The translations under genes were made by a program, and so were the position numbers. A stretch of 64,000 bases of DNA from Cetorhinus maximus (taxonomy: Eukaryota). Location of the stretch: positions 78,306,001-78,370,000 of the forward strand of contig NC_135886.1 of assembly GCF_964194155.1 (NCBI RefSeq), in the 5' to 3' direction. Numbering within the stretch: the first letter of the stretch is position 1; each line of letters opens with the position of its first letter. Below are positions 50,589 through 62,859 of this stretch, in pieces. The notes under the pieces were generated by a model. The model made no database searches. It was not told the DNA's origin and saw only the letters and a list, made by a program, of their open reading frames with translations.

Positions 50589-52259
50589 ATTAACTCTTGT
50601 TTCTCTCTCCACAGCTGCTGCCAGATCTACCGAGTTTTTTCCAAAGCCCCAGGTCCTCATTTAGGTTCAGTACAATTCTCCACCCTACTTTGCTTCAGGT
50701 AGGAATTCAAGCCTAATTACTGCTTGCCAATTGTGGACGAACTAAGGCATTTGACTTTACCCAAAAGAGACTCTTCTTTTTCACCATCAGGTGTGATGGA
50801 AAGAAGCCAAAGGCAGCACAGCAGAAGAGCAGTATCATCTTAGAAACTTTTTAAAGGAAAGGAGTTGAAAGAAAACCCAAACGTGCATGGCAGGTGGCTC
50901 CAGCAGAAGTAGAAAAATGGATTACTATTTGAAGTGGATGGTCCCACCTAAACCTTTAACCTGTCTGTCCCTTTCAGATGCTGACAAAGCTACTAAAAAC
51001 TTCCAAATATTATTTGAAAGGATATAATTTACATTTTTCAAGAAATGTTCAATATGACCTTTTCTTAAAAAGTATACAGAGTTCAGGACAGACAGCGTAC
51101 CCAAAAATCAAACTGCCAAATGGAAGCACACTGTAAACAGCATTATGCACAACCAAAGGAAAAGCTTGGTTTTTCATGTTTGGGGGTTGATTTGGGGAGG
51201 TGGTTGGGGGCAGGGGTGGGGGCACAGTGTTTAATTTTGCTCAGTTCCCTGCCAGACTGCTAGAAGAGCACCTCTTGCTGGGGGGAAATCTCATCATTGA
51301 GGGGGCAAGATGCTCAAACCAGTTCACACAGCAACACACAAATCATCAAACCCGCAATGAATTTGACAGCGGCACTGGGTCTGGCCGATCTCACCTTCTC
51401 AACTGGTTGGGAGTTATGTCATGGTGCCTGAACCTTTTTTTCTATTGCACATTCTGAAACACTGAAAACTGATCAGTAACTAAACAGACTCCACAGCCAT
51501 CATTAAAATTTCAGTGAACTCTAATGTTGACCATGTAGAAATTTTCATGCACCCATATAAACTGAATAAAGACTTGGCATTAGAATTAGAGATTCATATT
51601 AAACATTAAAATGCACTGGTTTAGATGTTATTTATTCTATTATGTACTGGTTATAACACACTAAATAAACTAAATGATAACACTAATCACTGCCTCTATT
51701 GTTACTTTTGAAGCTCTGTAACACTAAGTGCTAAAGCCACCAATGTGGCCTAACCAGAGGCTGAAAATTAAAATAACTCTTTTTTTCTTTTATATATAAA
51801 ACTATCTTGTGGACCCCAGAGTTTCAGCTTCATAACACTCCAGACAGCCACTGCTAGCCAAATGTCTACCTCAGTAACTTTCCAGATTGAAGACGTTGTA
51901 TTGCTGCTTGGATCTCAAATTATATTGGGAATTCCTGTAACTGAATTTCTTCCTGGTTGATTTTGGAGGAGAGATACTTAGCAAGGCGTCAAGCACAAAG
52001 CAAAACTCATCCTTCTCAATCTCAGGCATTACTATTTGGCAGCTCAACCATACGACATAATTGCCCAAATTTTCACCTGTCTCACAACCCTTGGCTAGAC
52101 ATGAAGACCAAAGCCACCCAACTAACAGGAGGACAAGAGATCATGGCAGACCTCACAATCGCTACAAGCCAAGTGTACCAGGTATATCCAGTAGGGAGTA
52201 CATTCCTTCTGCAGTACACAAGTTAGTGAAAATGTTGGCATATAGCTACTAGATAATGT

Positions 52260-54767
52260 ATTCCTAACAATCATGCAGCATGATTGTTCCTCTAAAATAT
52301 ATATGTAAGAAGACACAGAAAGCATCCCAAAACAGTAGAAAAACAGGGGCAAAAGGGATGGAGGAACTTAAACAATCACGATCGCTAGAGAAAAATTACT
52401 AGAAAAACTAATGGGACTAAAGGCTGACAAGTCTCCTAGACCTGATGGCCTGCATCCTAGGATCTTAAAGGAAGTGGACTAGGTGCAGGTCAATGGGACT
52501 AGCGGAATAATATTTCGGCACAGACTAGAAGGGCCGAATGGCCTGTTTTCTGTGCTGTAGTGTTCTATGGTTCTATGGCCGCAGAGCTAGTGGATGTATT
52601 AGCTGCAACCTTCCAAAATTCCCTTGATTTGGGAAAGATCCCAGCAGATTGGAAGACCACAAATGTAACACCACTACTCAAGAGAGGGAGATAGAAAGCA
52701 GGAAATTATAGGATAGTCAAATATCTGTCACTGGAAAATTGATAGAATGCATTAATAAAGAGACAGTAACAGGACATTTAGAAAATCGTAATACAATCAG
52801 GCACAGTCAACATGGTTTTGTGAAAGGGAAATAATGTTTGACTAATTTATTAGAGTTCTTTGAGAGTGTAACAAGCAAGGTAGATAAAAGGGAACCAGTA
52901 GATGTAGTGTATTTAGATTTCCAAAAGCATTCGATAAGGTGGCACATAAAAGGTTACTACACAAGATAAGGGCTCAGAGGGCAGAATCTTCTGGTCGGTG
53001 TGAGGGGGCAGGCCCCGCACACTGACGCGTAAAATGACGCACGGTGACGTTGGGCGGGCGTCCCGACGTCACCGCACGTCACTCTGATCTTCCATTCGGC
53101 GAGCGCGCACCGGAGTCGGCTGTGCGCTCGCCGAACTGTCAAAGGCCTGTTAAGGCCATTAATAAACTAATTAAAGCAATTGTCAGGGCTGCCCGCCCAA
53201 CCTTAAGGTGGGCGGGCAGGCGAAGAGCTCAGGCGGCCTTCGCATTTCTCATGAAACCTCATCTACGGGTGGGATGAGGTTTCATGAAGGGTTTATTCAT
53301 TAATTAAAAGTTATTAAAATTCATAAACATGTCCAAGCTCATGTGACACTGTCACATGAGGGCACATGTCTGAATAATTTTATTTTTTAATTTTTAACCA
53401 TTTTTTGCACTGAACTTAATCTCCGAGGGACGGAGCTGCCTCAGGGAGATTTCTGCGCTCTTTTGCGTGCATGTGTGAAAGAGCGCAGGCCCCGACTCTC
53501 CCTCCTCCCCTCCGCCCGTACAGGTAGCACTGAGCGCTTCTGGGTGTGCGTCAGGATGGGCTGGCCTTAATTGGCCCGCCCACATAAAATGGCGGCACGC
53601 AGCCGATCACGGGCAGCGATCGGCTCTGCGCCCGCTCCCAACTGGCCTGCCCAATGGGGAGAAAATTCTCCCCATAGTGTTGGGGGTGATATATTAGCAT
53701 GGATAGAGAATTGGTTAATGAACGGGAAACAGTTAGGGTAAATGGATCATTTTCAGGTTGGCAAACTAACTTTTGGAATACCACAGGGATCAATGCTGGG
53801 GCTTCAACTATTTATGATCTATATTGATGACTTGGATGAAGGGACAGACTGTAGTGTAGCCAAATTTGCTAATGATACAAAGATAGGTAGGAAAGCAAGT
53901 TGTGAGAAAGATACAAAGAGTCTGCCAAGGGATATAGATAAGTTAAGTGAGTGGGCAAACATTTGGCAGATGGAGTATAATATGGGAAAATGTGATATTA
54001 TCCACTTTGGCAGGCAGAATAGAAAGCAACATATAATTTAAATGGGGAAGGAGTGCAAAACGCTGCAGTACAGAGGGATCACATTGCCCTTGTAGATGAA
54101 TCACAAAAAGTTAGTATGAAGGTACAGTAAGTAATTAGAAAGGCAAATGGAATGTTGGCCTTTGTTGCAAAGGGGATGGTGCATAAAAGGAGGAAAGGCT
54201 TGCTACAAATGTACTGGACATTGTGAGATCAAACCTCGAGTACTGTGTACAGTTTTGGTCTCCTTACTTAAGGAGGAAACTACTTACATCAGAAACAATT
54301 CAGAGAAGGTCTACTAGGCTGATTCCTGAGATGAAGGGCTTTCTAATGAGGAAAAGTTGAGCAGGTTGAGCCTATATTCAATGATGTTTAGAGGATCGAG
54401 AGGTGATCTTACTGAAACATAAGATTTGAGGAAGCTTGGCAGGATAGATGTTATGGGGATGTTCCCCCTTACGGGGGAATCTAGAACTAGTAGGTCTCAC
54501 ATTTAAGATGGCAGTGAGGAGGAATTTCTTCTCTCAGAGTCACTAATCTTTAGAATTCTCTTCCCCTGAGAGCAGTGGAGGCTGGGTCATTGAATATATT
54601 CAAGGCTGAGTTAGACAGATTTTTGATTGACAAGGGAGTTGAGGGATATGGGGTGCGGCAGGCAAGAAAGTGGAGTCAAAGCCACAGTCAGATCAGTCAT
54701 GATCTTATTGAATGGTGAAGCAGGATTGATGGGCCAAATGGCCTACTCCTGCTCCTATTTCTTATGA
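52260..54767 (+). mobile_element. CR1 LINE (RT to 3' end) with two nested insertions
   Basis: Relics of PDGLHPRILKE, QHGF, DFQKAFDKV, GIPQGSMLGLQLFMIYIDDLD and FANDTK. Nested ~100-bp CR1 3' tail at ~52478-52577 and MITE at 52979-53673. Confidence 0.92.
52979..53673. mobile_element. Young CpG-rich Harbinger-type MITE (695 bp)
   Basis: TIRs GGGCAGAATCTTC / GAAAATTCTCCCC, 3-bp flanks AGA/ATA. The CR1 sequence gggctc-ata-gtgttgggg is restored on removal. Confidence 0.85.
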
Positions 54768-55255
54768 CACTATAAAACGAGCGACCATTGATCAACAGGT
54801 TCCAAAAGGCTAACACAGGCACAAAAAAACTGATATTTTAAAGGGGCCTGGAACATAGATAGGTCTAATTACTCTAATAGCATGTGAAGGCAATAAGCAT
54901 CTGTAAAGACCAATGCAGTCCTTTCAGAGGGAAACATTGGTACTTCTTGACGATGCAGTGGAACATGGGTCTTCCCGACATCACAACATTTTTATTGCAG
55001 GGGGGAGAAAAATCCTAAACACAGAAAAGCAGAATAAGGAAGAGTGGAAATTATTGAAGGAAGCTGTGAGCACTAGTGACGTGACACTTATTTTTAGCAG
55101 CATCTGGTAGCCAAGTACACATTCCCCTCAGGAACACATGATTATTTTGATATCATTAAGTATTTTTCTAGCACTTGAAGCTCATAACCAATTACTTTTT
55201 CAGCCAATAATGATCTTTCCCCTGAAAAGGTTCTATTTTAAATGTGAAATCAAAA

Positions 55256-55421
55256 ATAATTGTAGGGACTTCTAACCAACTTTACAAGGTTCATGTCCTC
55301 TCATTCAGAACCTATCTCCATATACAGCCTGTTAACTTGTGAAGGATAACCTTTTATAACGTACAGTCAGAATAATCCGATCCAAGCTGCACTCTACGTT
55401 CATAAAACAAAACAAGCTGAA
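55256..55421 (+). repeat. Donor arm of a 166-bp inverted duplication
   Basis: Reverse complement of 56370-56535, with one mismatch seen. Confidence 0.95.
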
Positions 55422-55629
55422 TATCACATTGGTCCCTGTCCAGATGCACTAGAGCTTGGAGAATAGTTCTGATGCATGTTCACAACCAAACATGATTGTC
55501 TTTTCCCCTTTTAGATGCTAATCAACATTTTCTGTCTTTAAACCTTTAAAACACAGCAAGCTAGGATGAACTGTGTTCTCATATATAGTAACAGTGAAAA
55601 GCATGTTGTATGACATCCCTCTGTACATT

Positions 55630-55756
55630 ACATTGGGATTTTCCCACCCCGTCCACCGCCGGGTCATCTGGTCCCGCCGAAAGTCAATGGACTTTTGGCT
55701 GGGCCGCCTACTCTCCCGCAGCGGTCCCGCCACAACGTGGCTGGAAAATCCTGGCC
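55630..55756. mobile_element. Mini-MITE (~125 bp)
   Basis: GGGATTTTCC ... GGAAAATCCTGGCC inverted ends; a GC/CpG-rich island in AT-rich DNA. Confidence 0.6.
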
Positions 55757-56369
55757 ATTGATGGAGGCATTATCCCATTTAAATAGCAGACAAATACCAT
55801 TTAAACATATTAAGCATTCATACAAGAATCCTTTCATGAGTGTCTGGGAAGATCATTATACAGAGTTAGTCATAGTAAGGATTCAACAGCTGGATTGTGC
55901 TGCAGACATCAAAGTCTTGCCCAGCTATTGGTAAAGCAACAAAATTAAGTATTCATGCCAAATTCTTAAGAGTTACTCTAGATAAGAGTTAGAAGGGGAA
56001 GGAGGGGTAAGACGTTGAAACAGCAATGCATTGGAGAAAAGTGCAAGGAAACACTACCTCGCTTAGAGGTGCCTTTGGGCCTGATGATGATTTTGTTTGA
56101 TGCATGCACACTCTCGGTATTCTAGTGTAGTCAACAGTCTATCCACAAGAAAGTAGACCCTGGTTTGCCTAGAAATTAAGAAGCAGTTGCTGCAATACTC
56201 TCCTGACAGCCTCCCATCTTCTACTCTCCATAAACCTCGGCTCATCCATTATTGCTGTCCACATCCAATCCTGCACCAAGTTCCACTCACCCCTTGACCA
56301 AAAATAGTTCATTATTGGGGTAGGGGGTATTGGAAACAAAGACTCCAATTTAACATTCCCTGTCTTGAG

Positions 56370-56535
56370 TTCAGCTTGTTTTGTTCTATGAACGTAGAGT
56401 GCAGCTTGGATCGGATTATTCTGACTGTACGTTATAAAAGGTTATCCTTCACAAGTTAACAGGCTGTATATGGAGATAGGTTCTGAATGAGAGGACATGA
56501 ACCTTGTAAAGTTGGTTAGAAGTCCCTACAATTAT
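56370..56535 (-). repeat. Inverted copy of 55256-55421 inserted into an L2-like relic
   Basis: Flanks (aacattccctgtcttgag | atcttctcaaccatatacgtccctatctct) are contiguous L2-like sequence. Confidence 0.9.
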
Positions 56536-57579
56536 ATCTTCTCAACCATATACGTCCCTATCTCTATGGAATTCCCTGCCTACTGCTTCATCCCTTAGTC
56601 ACTCCTAAATATTCATATCTTTAACCAAGCTTTTGATCAGCCCCTCCTAATATCTCTTTCTTTAGCTTGGCAGCCATTTTCTCCTTCATCCCTCTGTGAA
56701 GAACCTTAGGAAATTTTTCTACATTAAAAACACTATATAAATGAAAATCGTTAAGGAATTGAACCGATAAGGTTCTTAAGCTAGTTCGTTGGGTTGCCAT
56801 AGTCCACATATCATCCATATCTTCTGGAGACACAAGAAATAATTAGAAAGGAACCTGCAGGATTTTGGTCTTGTGATCTTGTATGAGATTGAACAGTTTT
56901 AAAGCTCACGGGAGCCCCTAATTCAATCTTGTGGTGCAAAGAAAGCCAGAATAAATCTTGAGGTTTTTATCTAGGATGTTATTCTTTGAAGATTGAGGGC
57001 TGAAATGGGGGCAGGCATGAGGCGGTGATGTCATGTAGCCTGCCTGTTTCAGCCATCCCGAATCTTTATGAGTGCAGGGGGAGCATGAGCCTCAAACTCG
57101 CCTGCACTCCTAAACAGGTCAATTATAATAAGTAAGGGCTTGTTAAAAGCCTGTCTCTGGAAACTTTTTGAATCTTCCTGGGATGGCCAGCATCCAGCAA
57201 CTACAGACCCGCTGCAGGGAAATGAGGATCAATTCGAGGGCAAGTTATAAAGGCCAGAAAAGTTTCAGAAGGTAAGCGTTCGTGCTTATCAATGGTTACG
57301 GAGCTTACCCCTTTTTAATTAAAGTGTCAGCAGCCCATCACAAGTCAGGGGAGAAACCAGCATCAAGAATTTTGCTATTTTAGGAAGTCATTGCCTTCCA
57401 GGCATCACCTAGGTATCAGAGCAGTGGGAAAAACGGTTTGGACTCCACCTGTGCACCAGGATGGGTACAGCTGGAAATGGGTGCTGCACCCTCAGAAATT
57501 GAGGTCATGGAGATGAAGAGCAGCAGCCTGCACAGGAATGGCAAGCACCGGGCATCTAGAGGCCAGAGGAAAGGGACAG

Positions 57580-57830
57580 GCGGCATGAAGAAGGCGAGAC
57601 TACCCTGAGTACAGGATCTATAGGAAGAGATGATGCTAGCTGGAGATGATTGAGACTAATGTCTAAGGAGACTGTGACTCTCTAGGCAGATGGTCATAGA
57701 CATGTGTGCCCTCATCGGTGCAGATCTCTGCGGCAGCTCACAGGCAGCTGCATTTCATGCATCACACAGGTGACAAATGCCCTCTTCACCAAGGCTGGGC
57801 AGCACATCAGATTCACAACTGGAAGGAGAC
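57580..57830 (+). pseudogene. Harbinger (HARBI1-like) transposase N-terminal fragment
   Basis: Across frameshifts and stops: RRRDYPEYRIYRKR..LEMIET.CLRRL.LSRQMVIDMCALIGADL ... CITQVTNALFTKAGQHIRF, matching the recalled Harbinger transposase pattern. Confidence 0.7.
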
Positions 57831-57999
57831 TGCTCATCAGGGGAGGAGCAGGAGGCACGAGAGGAGTAATTGGAGGCAAAGGGAGATGCACTGAATAGAA
57901 CAGTGCCCCTGCTGTATAAAAAGGTGGCCTGCTCCTGCCACCCTCCAGGAAGAGGACCTCCCTCCTCTCCCTCACAGGTGCTAGGCCTCCAACTCCCTT

Positions 58000-58905
58000 G
58001 TGACAAAAACAGGTAGGAAAGTATGTTCTGAAGAGGACATAAAGAGGTTACAGACAGATATCAATAGGTTGAGTGAGTGGACAAAAAACTGGCAAATGGA
58101 GTATAATGTAGGAAAATGTGAAATTGTTCACTTTGGCATGAAGAATAAAAAAGCAGAGTATTACTTAAATGGAGAACAGCTGCAGAATTCCAAGGTGCAG
58201 AGGGATCTAGGTGTACCGGTACGAGTCACAAAAAGTTAGCATGCAGGTACAGCAAGTAATTAAACAGGCTGATGGAATGTAGTCCTTTATTATGAGAGGA
58301 TTAAGCATAAAAGTAAGGATGTTATGCTTCAGTTATACACGGCATTGGTGAGACCACATCTCGAATAGTGTGTGCAGTTTTAGTCTCCTTATTTAAGTAA
58401 GGATGTAAATGCATTGGAGGTGGTTCAAAGGAGGTTTACTACGTTAATACCTGGAATAGTTGTGTTGTCTTATGAGGAAAGGTTAGACAGACTGGGCTTG
58501 TTTCCACTGGAGTTTAGAAGAGTGAGGGGTAACTTGATTGAAGTATATAAGATTCTAAATGGTCTAGACAAGGTGGACGTGGAAAGGATGTTTCCTCTTG
58601 TGGTTAAGTCCAGAACTAGGGGGCATAGTTTTAAAATTAGGGGTTGCCCTTTTAGGACAAGGGTGAGGAGAATTTTTTTGTCTCGGAGGGTTGTGTGCCT
58701 CTGAAGTCGGTGGAGGCGGGATCATTGAATATTTTTAAGGCAGAGGTAGATTGATTCTCTTGCCTAACAAGAATCTAAGGTTATCGGAGGTAGATAGGAA
58801 AGTGGAATCTGAAACACACAAATCAGCCATGATTTTATTGAATGGCAGAGCAGACTTGAGGGGCCAAATGGCCTACTTCTGCTCCTATTTCGTATGCTTG
58901 TATGT
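58000..58905 (+). mobile_element. CR1 LINE 3' fragment
   Basis: LQTDINRLSEWTKNWQMEYNVGKC, LEVVQRRFT and LSYEERLDRLGLFPLEFRRVRG; tail gtatgcttgtatg. Confidence 0.93.
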
Positions 58906-61900
58906 TGCTTCCCTGTTGGGCGGCGACAGGCTTTGGCACAAACTCTCTCCCGTCCCCATGGCCACCTATGATCTGCTTCATGGGTCGGAGGGCCTGACTC
59001 TATCATGCCCCGCCTCCCCGGAGCAAAAATTGGGTGTAACTGGCCCATTTAAAACGAAGTGGGCCAGCCAAGTCGGGAAATTTTCCAACCCAAACTACCC
59101 ACCTAGGCAGTGAAAGTCCCTCTCTAAGTTTTATTACTGAGCTTGTCATAAACTCCATCCCTTCTGCCCTCTTGTTATTGGTATTAGGTTTCAGGTTAAA
59201 AACTTACCACTGTAGACTAATTGCTTTTCTGCTTTATCCAAAGAGACATTAAATAATGCTTCTCAGAAATTAATTTTAATCAGGTTAATATCCTCAAAGT
59301 TGAAACACAAGTTTCTTGAGTTCCATTCTACAGAGGTCTAGTTGAAAACTTTAACTGGAGGCCACAAATGTAGAAAGGTCAACCCCTACCCTTCAATTAT
59401 GCTCCATCTATGAAATAGGAGCTCCCTTCTAGCTAATTTTATTGCCAAGTAACCTATAATCAGAAGTCAAGAGTTAGATTGAGCAACCTGGTAGCAATCT
59501 ATCAGGAAGTGGTCCAACTCATTTGTAGTTTTTTTTAAAAAACAGGAAAATATAACCTTACAGCCCAAAATCAGGCCATTCAGCCCATCAATTTACTCAG
59601 CACCAGCTTCTGTGCTTAATAGGTTTCATTTCCCCACTCACAAACAGTTTATAGTTGGTCTCTGTAACATGTTCTACAACAGTTCAAGATTTACCCAATT
59701 TATAGTATCTGGGTCATACAGACAAGGAGGGACGTGGGTTCAAGATCTGGTCCAAAATTAGTTGACCAATCTTTGCCAGGGTAGCAGTTGGGACACTACA
59801 ATTAGCCCTGATTACTCCTCAGTGTCACAGATTTATTTGATGGTTGATGGTGTTGCATAGGGTGGAGCTCAAATTTGAGGGCTCTGATTACTGCAATTTC
59901 TTTCAAAATAACTAGATTTTATAGTATCCTTAGTACTGTCCTTAAGACAACCTTAAGACCAAACCACAATGTGAATGAGAACAGGGAGACAGCATTCAAA
60001 ATCAAAAGCCCATTTTCTTCTGCAAGCTTTGTACCAATATGGAAGACTTTTGGAATATTAACCTGGATGAATAGACAATCCTTCCACAAAACTTGCGTGG
60101 GTTGATGTTTCTTTTCTAATTCTGTCACCTGATAAGTGCTCAGATGGTCTGAAACCAGTTTCCTGACAGCTTCTGTACTGTCCTTGGCACTACATGGGCA
60201 CATTGCAATTACATCAGTTGGCACCATAATGATTGATGATGATCCAAAACAATGCAATTTTGCACATTGCACAGATAAATCAATGAATGCTCCAAGAGCC
60301 AACCCACGTCAAGTGCAATATAAATTAAACCTCTCAGGTTATATCTACAGAAGATCAGAATTCTATAAAATGGCACAAGGAAATGGAAATAGCATAAATG
60401 TGCTTCCAAATCTCAAACACAGTTAAATGTTATTCTTCCAAACTCCATTTAGTCAAAAGGAGTAACTCAGGAGGTGCTCCCAGCTCTAGTTAGGATATTG
60501 GACAGCAAATATATTGCCCAACCAACCTCATCTGGCCCAGGGAGGAATGAGTTAGATAAACAGCAGTGGGAGCCACATTCATGTTTTCAGAGGAATGTTC
60601 TTAAAACAAAAGCAGACACAAAATACTTGCCCAGTGCCAAAAAAAATACTGTGCCAGCACAATTATGCTTGTCATGTAGAAATTGTTAACAATCCCTGCA
60701 ATATAAAGCTAGATAGCAGTTCTCTTACAGAAGACTCATCACATTGCTATATGCTTACACATACATAAATATATGAATGTAGGACACACAGCAATAGCTA
60801 CTGCAGCTATAATTCACCCATTTATTACAGAAATTGCTCCTTTCTATAGCTCTGTGACAATTAAGTGAAGTAAGATATTTCATTTTTCCAAACTCCTTTT
60901 CAAACACTCCAACTGCAATGCACTACTCAGTCATCACCACTTTTCTGAAATATTAAGTATGCAGCAAAATCTCCCTTGGGAATAATTGGGGGGTGGGAGG
61001 TGGTGGGGGTGGGCAGGGGGGACACTTCTTGAATCATACCACAATACTGAACTCACTACTTCAAATCTACGAAGATCCAAAGAACTGATCTAACAATCCC
61101 AGCCCTCCCCTTCCTGTTTGAAGATCTGTTGCAGTCCCAGGCCAGAGCTGATCAAGTTGCACCATCCACTTGTTTTAAGTTACAAATGCAAATGTGCATT
61201 ATTAATCAACAGAAAGCATCAACTCCAATTGAAGCACAGAACTTATGCTCAGCATCACAGCTCACCAACCTAGTTTCCCGCTTCTGCCCTAACCTGTTTT
61301 GACTAAATTGCCAAAAACTCATCTATTTGTTTACTTCGAATAGTTTTCCAGAGCAAAATCCAGTTGCCTTTTACTGGTACAGTGCAACAAACTCCCAGTT
61401 TACTTGGAAATCTAAACAGTATCTGGAATCAGTAGCAATGTGCTTTACCCTCCCTCACATCTCAAAGAAAAATATCAAATTTAAATAATTTCCCTCGCAA
61501 CAAGTTCAGCAAGAGAGTGATTATTTATAAGCATTAGTGACATTTAACTATGGCCTAAGCCAGAGGATGGGTAATAAACTGCATTTGTAAGGGATAGGAA
61601 GGTTGCATTATTGAATTGTCCATTTAACTACTATATCACATCACTACTACCATGAAGAGCATGACAAATAAGAACTCATGAGGATTTTAAAAATATTCTG
61701 ATTGACCTCCTCTGCGGCACTGACACAGTAAGTAAAGGCCAAGTGTAGATTTCAGGTGGAGCAAGGTTAGAGGGCAAGTGATAATTGGACTAAGGCACGC
61801 ATATGGAATTCAGTCTCCATTTTATTCATATATTCTGTCTGTATTTTTTATATAATACTTCAATTTGATTTTTTATACGTATAGTTAAATAGCAAACAAA

Positions 61901-62859
61901 TTTCAGAAGCAGAATTGTTTGGAGCATAGGAATTTCTATGTAGTTTAGGTCGGGATCTGGGAAACATGAAAACGAGGCACTACAGTACAGAAAGGTATAA
62001 TTACACAGTGTCAAATTCACACAGGCAACTTCCATTATAAAGGTGGGCACAGGAATTTATTATGAGCATCGGTGGCAACAGAACTAAAACTCTGCAGACA
62101 GGAATTGAGCACAGATATATGAAATATTGTTCATATTAAATACAGAACAAGGTGAATTTTGGAAAACACTAATAAGTTGTAATCTATTGTAATTCAATAG
62201 TCTGGCGGGGAGGTCCTGAAGTCAGGGATGTTTTTCTCCTGACTCTCCTGAATGCATTAACTAATGGCCAGTTATGGTTCTACAGATGTCAGCAGCCCTC
62301 CAACTTACCATTCTTCATACACAAGCCTAAACATGATCGCCAATGAGGAGCTTTCCAATAGTTATAAAAAATTAAGGATTTCCTGTAACTGATGTGCACA
62401 CTGTACTGAAAAAAGTAACTATATTGGTTTCAGATTTCATCCATTGTCACAGTTAAGCATTTCATGATATGAGGTATTTTATATTGCTATTAAGAAAGTA
62501 CACAGAAGAAAAATATTTTAGAGTCAGCTGGAACAAAAATACTTACTATTTACAGTACATGATTTCTAACACAATTATTATATTAACAACGAATCACTAG
62601 TCAAAGAAACTATTTGACTAGACACTGTTTCAAGTGTCTGGAGGCTGCATTTTGATAAAGAAAGATCTTACTTTTCTCCATTATCATAAATCAGTTTGAC
62701 TATAACATTTTCTAGTTTTTTTTTAAAAAAGGACATCCTCACAAAAAAGCTGTACTAAAAAGTGAGACTCAAGATTTAACATCTAGTTATAGAGTACAAT
62801 TGGAAAGAAACAGTACTAAATCTTAGGTTAGAAATTGAGAAGTATTTCAAGCAGCTTCT

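Larger units (their letters stand above)
48880..50645. mobile_element. Inverted pair of PLE terminal repeats (hammerhead palindrome), second arm interrupted by a MITE
   Basis: 27-bp arms at 48934-48960 and 48966-48992, each CTGATGA-AAGGT-catca-ACCT-GAAAC. The second arm resumes at 50589 (attaactcttgtttctctctccacagctgctgccaga). Confidence 0.78.
56997..59120 (+). mobile_element. Internally deleted Harbinger element with transposase relic, interrupted by CR1
   Basis: Starts GGGCTGAAAT. The 59030-59120 end is homologous to the MITE terminus at 36150-36244. HARBI1-like coding relic at ~57580-57830. Confidence 0.7.
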
